Source: Priapulus caudatus
Taxonomy: Eukaryota
Direction: 5' to 3'
Assembly: GCF_000485595.1 (NCBI RefSeq)
Contig: NW_014577084.1
Coordinates: 284,575 to 315,823, forward strand
DNA: 31,249 nucleotides
Shown: positions 19,791-30,882 of the stretch, in pieces
How positions within the stretch are numbered: position 1 is the stretch's first letter
Layout of the letters: each line of letters starts with the position of its first letter
The notes under the pieces: model-generated
Database searches by the model: none
Told to the model about the DNA's origin: nothing
Seen by the model: the letters and a program-made list of their open reading frames with translations, nothing else
Position numbers and translations under genes: made by a program

Positions 19791-22700
19791 GACAGTCCAA
19801 TAACTCAGTATAATAACGAGGGCACATACGTTATGCAATCGTGCAGCATATATAGCGAGCAGCTGGTCAATTTTGTGGAATTTGAGTCGGGTTGTATTTT
19901 GATTGAATACACGCCGCTCACGGAAGCGTGCAAAGTAGAGGTTTATTCAGATAATTAGGATAGTATCGGTATATTTTGAAAACGTTTAGTAGATAGCAAG
20001 CAGTATTTATCTTATTGCCCTTTGTATGGTCGTTCGTATGTAGCAATCAAAGAATTGCTTAATTATTAAATCGCCACTAAAATGGTGATTTAGAGGGTTT
20101 ATGCGTGGCATGCACCATTTATTACTTTTACCATGGATGCCTAGCTGGAAAATTCATATTTGAGTGGTTTGATGACATGTCTGCGGGCATGTCATTGTTT
20201 TTACAGGTATCCCCATACGCCATGTTAACACGTCTAATATCTTTTTGATTTGGTGGGATGTTCTACTATGTTATCATTCCTGAACATTCTGTATTGTGCT
20301 ATACCTAGGTGATAGGTATTTGTTCTGTATTACTTACGAAGTCACTAGTTATATAGGTACATACACAGTGACAGTTGCAAGTTTGCAAGTAAAACAGTTG
20401 AAGATGGCAAGCTAGGCTGTTATTGCAGCTTATTTATCAATTGCATATTTGGTTTGTATGTAACAGCATAATGCATCAGTCTGGCAGTAGTCCTGTAGCT
20501 TTTTGTAATGGTTTAAATGTTTTATGTTAGGGTAAACCATCAGGCAATCCTGTCCAAAAACAGTTGTTCTAGATCCAGACCCATTTACCTGTTTTTTCAG
20601 GCTGGCTCTCTTTCTCCTGCTATTCTTCTTTTCTTTGACTTGCTATTTCTCACTTACATTATTTACATGATACGTTTGCTGTGCCATCTACGTTTTTAGT
20701 ATAAAAAAGTAATGCAGATACGAAAAGCTACAAATACGAAAAGTAATTTAACCTTAAAGACAGAGGAATAGCATTGTTTTTGTACTCCTACAGGAACATG
20801 TAACTGAAAAACATTTTTGCTTCTATGGTATATACGGTCACTAATATGGCAGATGCCTGTTTTTAAGCTGGGCATAATCCATTTCGCAGGATATTGAGAT
20901 AGCTCTCATCATTTTAAAACTGTCTCAAAAAACGTTTTAGCGTGTACGGATTTCATCAGTTGTCATGTAGTGTAACCCATTTCCTGGCCACCATTATCAG
21001 ATCTGTACTGTCCCATGCCATCACTCACTCACATTTGCATGTTACTGTCATCAGTATTGCTACTCGGTGTCATTGTAGCTTCTTCACTCAATCCTCTACA
21101 AGGATGTGTACCCGAGAGATTAGGGTAACTGCTATAGTTTATTGTTCACACGTAGTATTTTTGTACGCATATTTATATTCCCTTATAGTACCTAGCCCAA
21201 CATAAACAAGAATTCTCGTACGATAATCAGTATCTATGTTTACAATATTATTTTTGGTAACCATTTTCTATAATTAGTATTGTTGCTAAATACACTGGCC
21301 AGCAAAGTTATTATGAAGACACATCTAGTCGATAGTTCAACCTGTTAAAAAGTTAGGGAAACCTATGCAAGGTATACACCTCCGTATACATATACACTGT
21401 ATACGTATTACACCTGAGATCTTTTAGTTTTATTGCATATTATATTGCATTATTACATAGCAAGTATTTAATGGCAAACATGCATTCATAGGACATGCTT
21501 AAAAATCCATATGACATGCCAAAGATACTTGGTTGATGAATATTTGATGCAGTGCAGTGCTGCCAGGTTTCTGGTGCTGATGCTATGATATGTCACAATT
21601 TATATATTTTCCATTGCTGCTTTAATTGCAATAAATTCAAAAGTTGTTTATATGCTCACATTATAAATTGCATTTCTGTTTTACTGTTAGCAGTTGTCTT
21701 ATTTTCCACAACTATTGTGATTGCATTAAAAATGTTTCATTATAAGGTAAAGTATTAATTCTGTGATGCATGCGAGCATGTACATGTATTGTTAGCGAGC
21801 AAACGCAACTTTATCCATTTACTGCACAGACATGCCTGTGGGTGGGTGTAAAGACATCTGCCTATAACCTAGCTCTAAGAAACGGTCTACAGACATTAGT
21901 CACACACAGCCGTCGGGTTACCTATATTAACCATAGCCAAGTGCTGTTGGTTTTCATCGCAAACTAGTGGCCGTGCCAATTAAATAATTGCCCAAATCTG
22001 TTTTGCTTGTCTGTGATTGTTACTCAAACTGATTGCACAAATCATGGATTCTTATTATATGGATTATTCATAGATGTTTAGTAATAATGTACGATTTTTT
22101 TAATTTTTGATAGAAAAATAAGTGAAACTACAATAACCATATAACATTGTTTTACCAATAAACCATGATTATGCTGTGATTTGTCTTCACACGTAGATAT
22201 AAATGTACAATTCGCAGAAAAATAATCCCACCAGTCACGTTCTCAGTTTTCCCTCCTGGATCACATCATACTATACATTATTTAAATGGAACTATCACAA
22301 CATCATCAATATAATACTGTTATTTGCCCATTTCTAACATGGAAGACTTTTTGAGCAACTAACTTACTATCACGTTTTGTTGTTGGATGCCTCTTGGAGA
22401 TATGCTAATAACCTATATAACCTTCACAGCATAGTGTGTAACCTTATATAATTTGCAACACATACAGCATAATAAGAAAAAGAAACATTCTGTTAGAATG
22501 ACCAAATGCTCAAGCAAGTTCTGCTACCTCATTCTACCCTAATTAAAATGTCACTGGCTTCAAACATTAAAATAATACAACCAGTCACTTTTGACAGTAT
22601 ACTTCAGATAAAACTATCACGCAACTATGGAGATTTAAAACACTATCAAGTGTTAGCATCACATGATTATTATTCAATAGATTGCAGTGCCAGCACTTGA

Positions 22701-22806
22701 GATTAACATGTAAAATAACCAATCGTAAACCATATGTCTGGTAACATAATTAATGGTATAGTAACTTTGCTTCGAAATTGGTAAAATTTGTCTAGAAAAC
22801 CCGGCA

Positions 22807-22918
22807 TTACAAGCCTTTATTGAAATAAATGGTACTGGGCATGTTATCGTGATACTTATCTTGTAGATCACTATACTTCTTTGGCTCCCACTTCTTTAGT
22901 GTCTCAGTGCTAATTGAG
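22807..22918 (-). CDS. SFXN2: SFXN2 coding exon 10
   Basis: [23 protein letters not shown]. Confidence 0.95.
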
Positions 22919-25900
22919 CTGTAAACATAAATAATTTATTAACATCATTAAGGCAAGCCGAACGATGCAGGGTGTGTGTCGTGGCTGCAAGTTTACAAGA
23001 AATCATCGCACTATCTAGAATGTGGAAGAATAGTTATATTAACTGTATGTTGAAATAAGAAGAATACTTAACAGCCACTGAAACACAGAGTTAGACCACA
23101 CAAGTGAGGGGTGGCTTAATGCAGGATAAGAGGGAAGACTAATGTTTTAGCAAGAGGTATTATGCTATAACTTGGGCTGAGAGGGTCTATGTCCCCCAGG
23201 GTACTGCCGGAACGTACCCTGGGTACAGTCTGGTATACCGGAACGTACCCTGGTACTATCTAATATGCCGGACCGTACCTCGCCTACTCCACTAACGAGT
23301 CTAGGGAGTCGCCTATGCCTACTCCCTAACCCTAACCATATCAGATAGTTGCCAGGGTACGTTCCGGCAGTACCCTGGGGGACATAGACCCTATGAGCAT
23401 AACTTGGAGCACATGAAACATAGTCACGTGTTTAAAAATGGTTTTTGGACGTGAGCACGCTTCAATGCATTTTTCACAGCATTGAGTCGTGGTTTAACAT
23501 TTCTATAATTCAATGCTTTCCCTTACATCAATGCACACAAAACTGATATCCTAATACACAACAGAGTATATAATAAAGCTCAATAATACTTACTTCCACT
23601 GTGGAAATAGAGAACAAGCCGTTGGTACCATGACAACCAAACTGCAAACCAAGCAAAAAAAATGTTGTAGCACAACAACACGAAACACGACGAAATGTCG
23701 TATCATAGATGGTTAATGTAGTAATATAATAATCAGCTGATTACATGGGCTCCAGCACAGCACCAGTATAAGAGGATATAGTAAGTTATAAACTAATGTG
23801 CTAAGGATAATATTAAACTATTGTGCTAATTTAAATACTACACGCTAAAAGAAAATTTTTGCAACGCCGCATTAGGGCAATCGAATTTGGCAAAAAATGC
23901 ATTCAACAAAACCGACCATATTAATTCAGCATTATTAATACTACCACTCCACAATGTTGTGCAGCGTAGCACAGAACTTTGACCCACAAAACGCTTAGTC
24001 GGAGACACTGTCTCGAGTAAGCATGCACTGTTACGCGAGTTACTCACATGCATCCCACCATCATGACCTGGATGGGTGCATGAAGCAGCTTTATGCGCTG
24101 CATCCAGCGCGTCTTTTCCAGTCGCTCCATCATTATTGGGCACAGGACTAAAAACACATGTATACAATAGGGATTTATTATACCAGGTACACCCATCACA
24201 CACACGAAAACACAACCTCTTGTTACATATAATGAGAAGACTTATCACTGGTTAGTTATATATATGAGTACGTATTACGTTAGTAAATGGAAATTTTTTG
24301 GCCTACCTACCATACCATCCCAGCTTTTAAATGGTGGACCAGTTTACTACAAATAAGAAATCAATTAGGATTAACCTAACATAGGTGAGTTTTTGATGCC
24401 TGTACAGTACCAGGTCAGAGACAATTGCCGTCTTTGTGCAAATCTCGTCTGCATCATCACCTACAGACATGGTGTGAGGGAGAAACTTACGCATGCCAGG
24501 AGCAGCCATGAAAATACGCGACGCCAACACTAGAGTTATCCCTTTTGCGGCTGCCACCTGAACATAAGAAAAGCAAATATATCACCACCTACATCAAGAG
24601 CTCACGCGACAACACGACGCAATTTCTTGTCGCTGTGAGTGTGTGCAGTAAGGATTTGTACATTCATTGGCAGGAACACAGATATCTGTTCTGGGATTTT
24701 CATTATTAGTGACGAATGTGATAACGAATAATTTCTCGGCTGACCGCAAATGAATTATTAAAAGCAAACAGGCTGCTACAGTTATCACAGAAGCAAACTA
24801 AAGAGCAGTTGACAATTCACCTGCGATTGTACAGCCTTGTTTCGATTTTCATCTGCACACATGATGCCATCTTCAATTTCACTGTCAGAGAAGAAAGTAA
24901 CAAGGCCTTACAGTATTAGGCTTGGCCAATCTTTACTTGACATAAAATGTTAATTTAGTTTTTTCACTCCATATTTTGCACAACATGAATCCATAGTAGT
25001 CAGCAATATTCCACAACAATACTCACCTAAGCTGGGTTTACATTGTCGAGTTTTAGTTAATAAGTTGAATGCATTTAGCAAATTGATAAACTTTTTGGCT
25101 AAAAATTGATAGTGTAAACATAAAGATTTAGTGATTAACTACTCGCTGTTAACTAGTGGATGGAATTGAACGTCTTCTAATTTCCCAACATTTTGACAGT
25201 AAGATGATTAACTTTTAATCGTTAAACCAATCACAATTAATCTCGCAAACATGTGTCTCCCATATGGAGTTTATACATGAGCTGCCAAAGTTCTAACTCT
25301 GATTTAGTACTCCCCACTATTATAAAAAGTGTTTATCTTCGACAATACTTACCTCTGCCTCATTAAAGGTATGTTGACACAGTTAGCAGCTGCCACAGCA
25401 GCAAATGGTACAAATCGCTGCATTAGGGGTGATGCCCTCTGAAACCATCACCATACCATGGCATCAAATCACTGAATGTGGTTTCACAATGTTTTGGAAC
25501 ACACACACAAGCGCGTGCACGCACACACATGCATGCTCATGCACGCACACACACACAAGCACACACTGATGCACACACACGCACGCACGCACCCACGCAC
25601 ACACACGCACGCACGCGCACACACACACACACACACAAGCGTGTGCACGCACATTCACACACACGCACACATGCACGCATGCTCACGCACGCACGCTCGC
25701 ACACACACACACACACACAAGCACACACTGATGCACACACACACACACGCACACACGCACGCACGTACGCACACACACATGCACACACATGCACATATAT
25801 ATGTAGTGGACTCATGCTCATGAAGCTCAAATAAATTATTTCTGGATGTATAAGCTCTACCTTGGCTAAAACATTCTTTAGTCCGATAGCGGTCAAGACT

Positions 25901-27646
25901 GCGCTGGTGGTCGCGGTCACGTAAGCAATTGCTATTCGCCTGTACAGTAATAGGTAACACTAATAAGTAATAATTATAAAAATAACTAATAATAAGTAAT
26001 AAGTAACAGTAGTACGTACTACTACTGTGCATGGCTGCAACCAATCGGTTGTAAGCAGACTGGCTAGTAATGGCATTTTACTCCATCTATAACTATCATC
26101 ACCCTCATTACCCTCTTCCCCAGAAGCTTTGGCCTACACATTCTCTAATTGGATCGCTCTGCGCACTATATATTACATTGTCAGAGTTACAGAGTTTTAA
26201 TAACAATAGATTACGAAGTGACTAAATGTGCGATTACTTTTAGCCATGATAAAGCTATATAGTAGACAATAACAGCACGGACACTTACTTAGGAGTCATG
26301 TCAGATTCGGCATTTCTGTTTGTGTAATTCACAAGTGCGTTGAAGGACTGGTTGATCCACTGCCAAAATATGACAGCTGTGTTTGTCCTGCAAATACAGT
26401 AACCATGGTAACCAATTTATAACAAAATAAGACAGCTGGGCACAGTGCAAAATGTCAAGAGTGGATGAGATCTCTGCTTTGTACAATGTGAAATTCACAC
26501 CAATTATACATCTATCATCTTCAGTGAATTAACACCAGCCACTAAACTACTAGTCCATCCAGTATCTTCATGACAATTTTCCCCTAGCATTTTTATGTAC
26601 ATGAGTATAATAAATAGGTACATGTGGCCATATAAATGAATCCCAACATATTCGAATCGATCTACCTGCTTGAGTTGGATAAACGTGCCTCCACCATCTC
26701 CTCAGATATTGTTGCTAGATTGGTAAAGCTCTTCCAGTTTATATCATGATACGTGTACGTGTATGTTTTTATGCCAAAATGTTGAGTTTGCGCCACATCG
26801 ATCATTGTTTTTAGATCTGAATGTCCTCTTGCCCCACCGATAAATTAGAGCTACTTGCAATCATGCGCGCACGATGGACAGTCCCAATCGTACAATAAAA
26901 AAACCTAGTATAGTTTTATTCCAGACTACAAAGAAACGTACATTACTATGACACTCGTCCATATTCATCTCCTGTAAAGCTCCCAAGAGTGAGTGACTCA
27001 CCGGTAGAACTGCATCATGCAGCCAGTGATAGCCATGCCCCCAGGAACCTGGAAGCTCATGCGACCAATCACGTTCTGCAGCTCTCCCGAGTCAGGATGG
27101 AACGATGATTCGTACAGCTGCTTCGCACGCCACAGTTGCTCTTCTGTCGTCCCCAGAGGCTCCTGACCCAACCTGCACACAATGTGACAAGGTTGAAGAT
27201 TGGTGGTGGTGGTGGGGGGGGCAGCTGCATTACGTAGCACCTACCTAGTTTAGCACACCCGATTAGTTTAGCACATTTGCGAAAACACATTTGCGGGATG
27301 CCAAAATTAGGATTGCTCAGCAGTCTTCACATGCCCTTCTATAATAAGTATCTAGGATTCCCGAAGTAATTTCCCCCTTTCCTCTCATCTTGTGCTAATT
27401 GTTTCTGCAATCTACTAAATTGCACATAGCTCATTGATTCAGCCACAGCTGATCTCCCCATCCTTAGATCAGCTATGCTCACCTGTAACTGTTAACCAGC
27501 TTCTTGGCATTTTCTAATTCGGAGGTTGAGCAGAGAACCGTGCGCATGTCTGTGATTGACATGAAGTGCTTCATGCGCCCCATGAATGTATTTTGATCCC
27601 ATCTTGGTTCATCAATATTCAGCCTAACTGAGCTAGTGTCAGTCAT
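22807..27646 (-). CDS. SFXN2: Sideroflexin-2-like mitochondrial inner-membrane carrier, 10 coding exons, 328 aa
   Basis: Exons 27646-27483, 27172-27002, 26387-26289, 25939-25861, 25438-25353, 24881-24821, 24557-24491, 24147-24048, 23641-23594, 22918-22807; all GT-AG, phases match, 987 nt. Motifs [66 protein letters not shown], terminal YFNKGL*. RMSFQxPGGM and LHAPIQV point to the SFXN2 subfamily. Confidence 0.95.
23176..23398. mobile_element. MITE family A copy in the last SFXN2 intron, 9-bp TSD ATAACTTGG
   Basis: TSD at 23167-23175 and 23399-23407; near-perfect TIRs; CCCTAACCCTAACC core. Confidence 0.88.
23594..23641 (-). CDS. SFXN2: SFXN2 coding exon 9
   Basis: [15 protein letters not shown]. 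Confidence 0.93.
24048..24147 (-). CDS. SFXN2: SFXN2 coding exon 8
   Basis: [32 protein letters not shown]. Confidence 0.93.
24491..24557 (-). CDS. SFXN2: SFXN2 coding exon 7
   Basis: [22 protein letters not shown]. Confidence 0.95.
24821..24881 (-). CDS. SFXN2: SFXN2 coding exon 6
   Basis: [20 protein letters not shown]. Confidence 0.92.
25353..25438 (-). CDS. SFXN2: SFXN2 coding exon 5
   Basis: [28 protein letters not shown]. Confidence 0.95.
25498..25798. repeat. Compound (CA)n/(CACG)n microsatellite in a SFXN2 intron
   Basis: Direct inspection. Confidence 0.9.
25861..25939 (-). CDS. SFXN2: SFXN2 coding exon 4
   Basis: [26 protein letters not shown]. Confidence 0.93.
26289..26387 (-). 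CDS. SFXN2: SFXN2 coding exon 3
   Basis: [32 protein letters not shown]. Confidence 0.95.
27002..27172 (-). CDS. SFXN2: SFXN2 coding exon 2
   Basis: [34 protein letters not shown]. Confidence 0.95.
27483..27646 (-). CDS. SFXN2: SFXN2 coding exon 1 (acceptor at 27683, ATG at 27646)
   Basis: [30 protein letters not shown]|gtgagc. Confidence 0.93.
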
Positions 27647-28858
27647 TCTGCTTGCATAGACAGGCACCAGCTGTGTTGAAGGCCTGTGAAACATGGCAAT
27701 AGAGCACAGAATTAATAAAGGAAACATAACATTCATTTGCCACATGCTTTAGTTGAATAGCAGATAGACAGTGAAAGAACCAGTGCTGCACAGGTCTTCT
27801 TGCTAATGGCATTCCACTGAAATGTAATGTAATGCAAATGCATGCATCACGTATGTCTCATATGTAACATACAATTGTATTTCATTTATACATTTACTGT
27901 CAGTAGTGTGTTACATCATATTATATATGATATATGATATAGGATTTGGCCCAACCTGAGACTGTCACCGAGTGATAATTAATCTACGCCACCTACTCCA
28001 CAGACACTTGGAACGTCTCAATAAAAAATAATAATGGTAAATAAACACGAAATGTATTTACTACCAAAGTCTTAATGTTTCTCTACTCTATTTCGCCTAT
28101 TATTGCCGATAATTACTCGTAAATGCCGGTCAAATGCTCATCTGCAACATACAAGTACACTGCACGCCCGCCCTGTGCGCAAACAACATGAATAAGAGAG
28201 CAGGTAGGAAAGCGTGATCGCAAAATTCGCTCGACCCTCGCTTCATTTCACACCTTCACAGCACGAATACACATCCAACAGCTTCCATCTTGGTATCTAT
28301 GTGTAGCTAAATGTTCACTTGTTCGAATTATAACTCTGTCCTTTGTTCTTACCTACTCCCGCCAGATATATCTCGTAAAATCCTGCAGGAAATGTTCTCT
28401 CCGTAAAAATGTAAAGAGGACGTATCATCTGAAAATCCCTAACGGCGCTACTTTTGATCGATCACTGTAGTCGTGTATGTGTGACGTCATGCCCGCGCGC
28501 ATTGTGCTTGGCTTGGCGGGCCTCGAAACGGAGCTCGGAGGCCGGCAGCAGCTCATCCCGGCATGCAATGCGCCCCATTACTCGTGTATACACAGACACC
28601 TCGTCCTCTTTACATTTTCACGGAGAGAACATTTCCTGCAGGATTTCACGAGATATCTCTGGCGGGAGTAGGTAAGAACAAAGGACAGAGTTATAATTCG
28701 AACAAGGGAACATTTAGCTACACATAGATACCAAGATGGAAGCTGTTGGATGTGTATTCGTGCTGTGAAGGTGTGAAATGAAGCGAGCGCCAAGCGAATT
28801 TTGCGATCACGCTTTCCTACCTGCTCTCTTATTCATGTTGTTTGTGCACAGAGTGGGC

Positions 28859-30038
28859 TAGATACAATAATGTAACCCAACAAGAGTAGGGTTACAACGC
28901 GAGCCTATATTCTTTTCTTTGGAGGAGCCCCTGAGTGATTCACTCAGGGCGGTTTTATGGTGCGTTTTTCAAGACTACACCCTTCCAAACTGGGTTTATT
29001 CTAAACACGAACCTTTCTCAGCTATCCTGGGACTTACTAATGCTAGCCGCACACTATCCGATTTTGCACTGTGCACAGCACTAAGCCCCCGCACACTATA
29101 CGACCCACTCCCGATCGATCGGGAGGCCACCGTACACTGCCCGACTCAAAGTTGACGCAAACCATGGCACTCTCGTGGCGTTCCCAGCGGATTTAGCGTG
29201 TACTAAGGGTCGGGAGTGTTTTCCATGGTTCGAATGCCATTCCATTCGAATGCGGTTCCCATGGCGCTGCTCTGTGATTGGTCAATTTTCTTCAGCGCAC
29301 GCCGATCGGGTCGGATGGCCACGCACACTATCCGAGTCGCGTCGTAAGGCCCCGCACACTATCCGACCCGATCTGCTCCCGATTCAAAATTCGAATCGGG
29401 CCAAAATGACCTCCAGAGCCATGCAATCTTAAGCCTCCCGAGCCAAACTAGAACATCTCAATCCAATCGTAAGCCTTCAAATCACGCTCGGGTCGGATAG
29501 TGTGCGGCTAGCATTAGAATCACAATACTCTGTATTAAACTAATATAACCTGTTACAAAATTTCGAAGTGATGAGCGGCGATCCGATACCTTCGAGCGCC
29601 ATTTCTGTTGAACTGTGACGTACAGATTCCCAATGCGCATAGCGTTCGGCTAACTTCGGCTCCAAGATCGAATGTATCATGGGATGATGACGAAGTTAGC
29701 CGAACACTATGCGCATTGGGAATCTGTATGTCACAGGTCAACAGAAATGGCTCTTGAAGTATCGCCGCTCGTCACTTCAACATTTTGTAACAGGTTATAT
29801 TAGTTTAATATTTACAGAGTATTGTGATACATACTACATAGTAAGTCCCACGATAGGGGACAAAAATTCGTGTTTAGAATAAACCCAGTTTGGAAGTTGT
29901 AGTCTCGAAAAACGCACCATAAAACCGCCCTGTGTGAATCACTCAGGGGCTCCTCCAAAGAAAATAATAGGCTCACGTTGTAACCCTACTCTTGTCGGGT
30001 TACATTATTGTATCCAAGTCCTGTACGGTGTACGTCTA
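28859..30038. mobile_element. Palindromic element (~700 bp without its insert) nested in the right arm of the outer element
   Basis: TAGA..TCTA ends. Arms 28859-29039 plus 29517-29658 pair with 29690-30038. Degenerate TSD AGAGTGGGC/AGGGCGAGC; the intact left arm shows a single AGGGCGGGC. Confidence 0.8.
29040..29514. mobile_element. 475-bp MITE with TIR ATGCTAGCCGCACACTATCCGA, TA-flanked (Harbinger-like end motif), innermost nested element
   Basis: Perfect 22-bp TIRs, TA on both sides, internal CGCACACTAT(C/A)CGA repeats; interrupts one arm of the host palindrome. Confidence 0.8.
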
Positions 30039-30269
30039 AGGGCGAGCGTGCGGTGTACTTGTGTGTTGCAGATGAGCATTTCACCGACATTTACGGGTAA
30101 TTATCGGCAATAATATGCGAAATAGAGTAGAGAAACATTTAAGACTTTGGTAGTAAATACATTTCGTGTTTATTTACCTTTTTTTTACTGAGACGTGGGG
30201 TACCAAGCGCCTGTGGCTGTGCCGTGGCTGTGACCTACTCGACTTCTGGCTGCTCAGTGCTCTGACAAA

Positions 30270-30390
30270 CTATTAGTATTACTAGTATTACTATTACTAT
30301 TACTATTAGTATTACAGTAATCAGTATTACTATTAGTATTACTAATACTATTACTATTAGTATTACTATTACTATTACTATTACTATTAC
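30270..30390. repeat. (TATTAC/TATTAG)n microsatellite
   Basis: Direct inspection. Confidence 0.9.
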
Positions 30391-30406
30391 AATAGATAGT
30401 ATTCAC

Positions 30407-30449
30407 TGACGTCACAACATCCGGGGCCCGTAGAAGCGGCCGCCATTTT
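30407..30449 (+). promoter_or_regulatory. CRE palindrome (TGACGTCA) and YY1-like site (CCGCCATTTT) upstream of the nuclease ATG
   Basis: Exact motif matches at 30407-30414 and 30440-30449; function inferred. Confidence 0.35.
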
Positions 30450-30524
30450 GGGGGTCACGGCTAATAAACAACACAAGCTTGGTAACGCTGAGAGTCATTC
30501 AACAAGTCAACAAATAATTTCAAA

Positions 30525-30854
30525 ATGTCTGAGAAACCAGCAAAACCAAAGAAGACCAAGTATATTGAGACGTTAGACAAGACAGCCAGGATACGTTATG
30601 ACGCAAAACTGGAACTGATCAGTGGTTTAGATCCATACGAGGTGCCGAAGAAGGATTGGTCGGCTGACCATAGAAACTTACCTGGAATTGCCTACCCCGA
30701 CATTGTGAACTACCTTGTTTACACACAATCTGCGTACTCCCTGGCCGATCTGAAGGCATACAAGGCACTAGATTCGTATAATCAGTTCGTCTGTGGATGG
30801 GTGAAGGATGTCGTACATCTAACATCAAACAACAAAGTGCTGTTAAGTGCCAGG
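30525..30854 (+). CDS. First coding exon of a transposon-associated nuclease (ISL2EU/PHIS-type SWIM/YqaJ-like protein, N-terminal part)
   Basis: RYDAKLELISGLDPYE..LPGIAYPDIVNYLV..SAY..LKAYKALDSYNQFVCGWV is recognised from recall as the N-terminus of the YqaJ-exonuclease ORF of ISL2EU-like elements. AGG|GTAAGT donor at 30854/5; the rest lies outside the window. Confidence 0.7.
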
Positions 30855-30882
30855 GTAAGTTCGATTTCCGCTACTTAATCAA

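Larger units (their letters stand above)
27999..30232. mobile_element. Foldback/MITE-like element with ~430-bp inverted repeats, CACAG..CTGTG ends, 8-bp TSD ACCTACTC (P- or hAT-like)
   Basis: TSD at 27991-27998 and 30233-30240. Left arm 27999-28422 pairs with 28602-28858 plus 30039-30232. CpG-rich spacer 28423-28601. Confidence 0.8.

Noticed and set aside
25464..26044. Multiple His/Thr- or Val/Cys-rich ORFs (also 42-275, 845-1121, 4224-4559, 12941-13596)
   Set aside because: Translations of (CA)n/(TG)n repeats; only the embedded true exons are coding.
28454..29741. Short ORFs inside the nested elements as transposase remnants
   Set aside because: No THAP, DDE or other recognisable motifs; they lie in palindromic non-coding arms.
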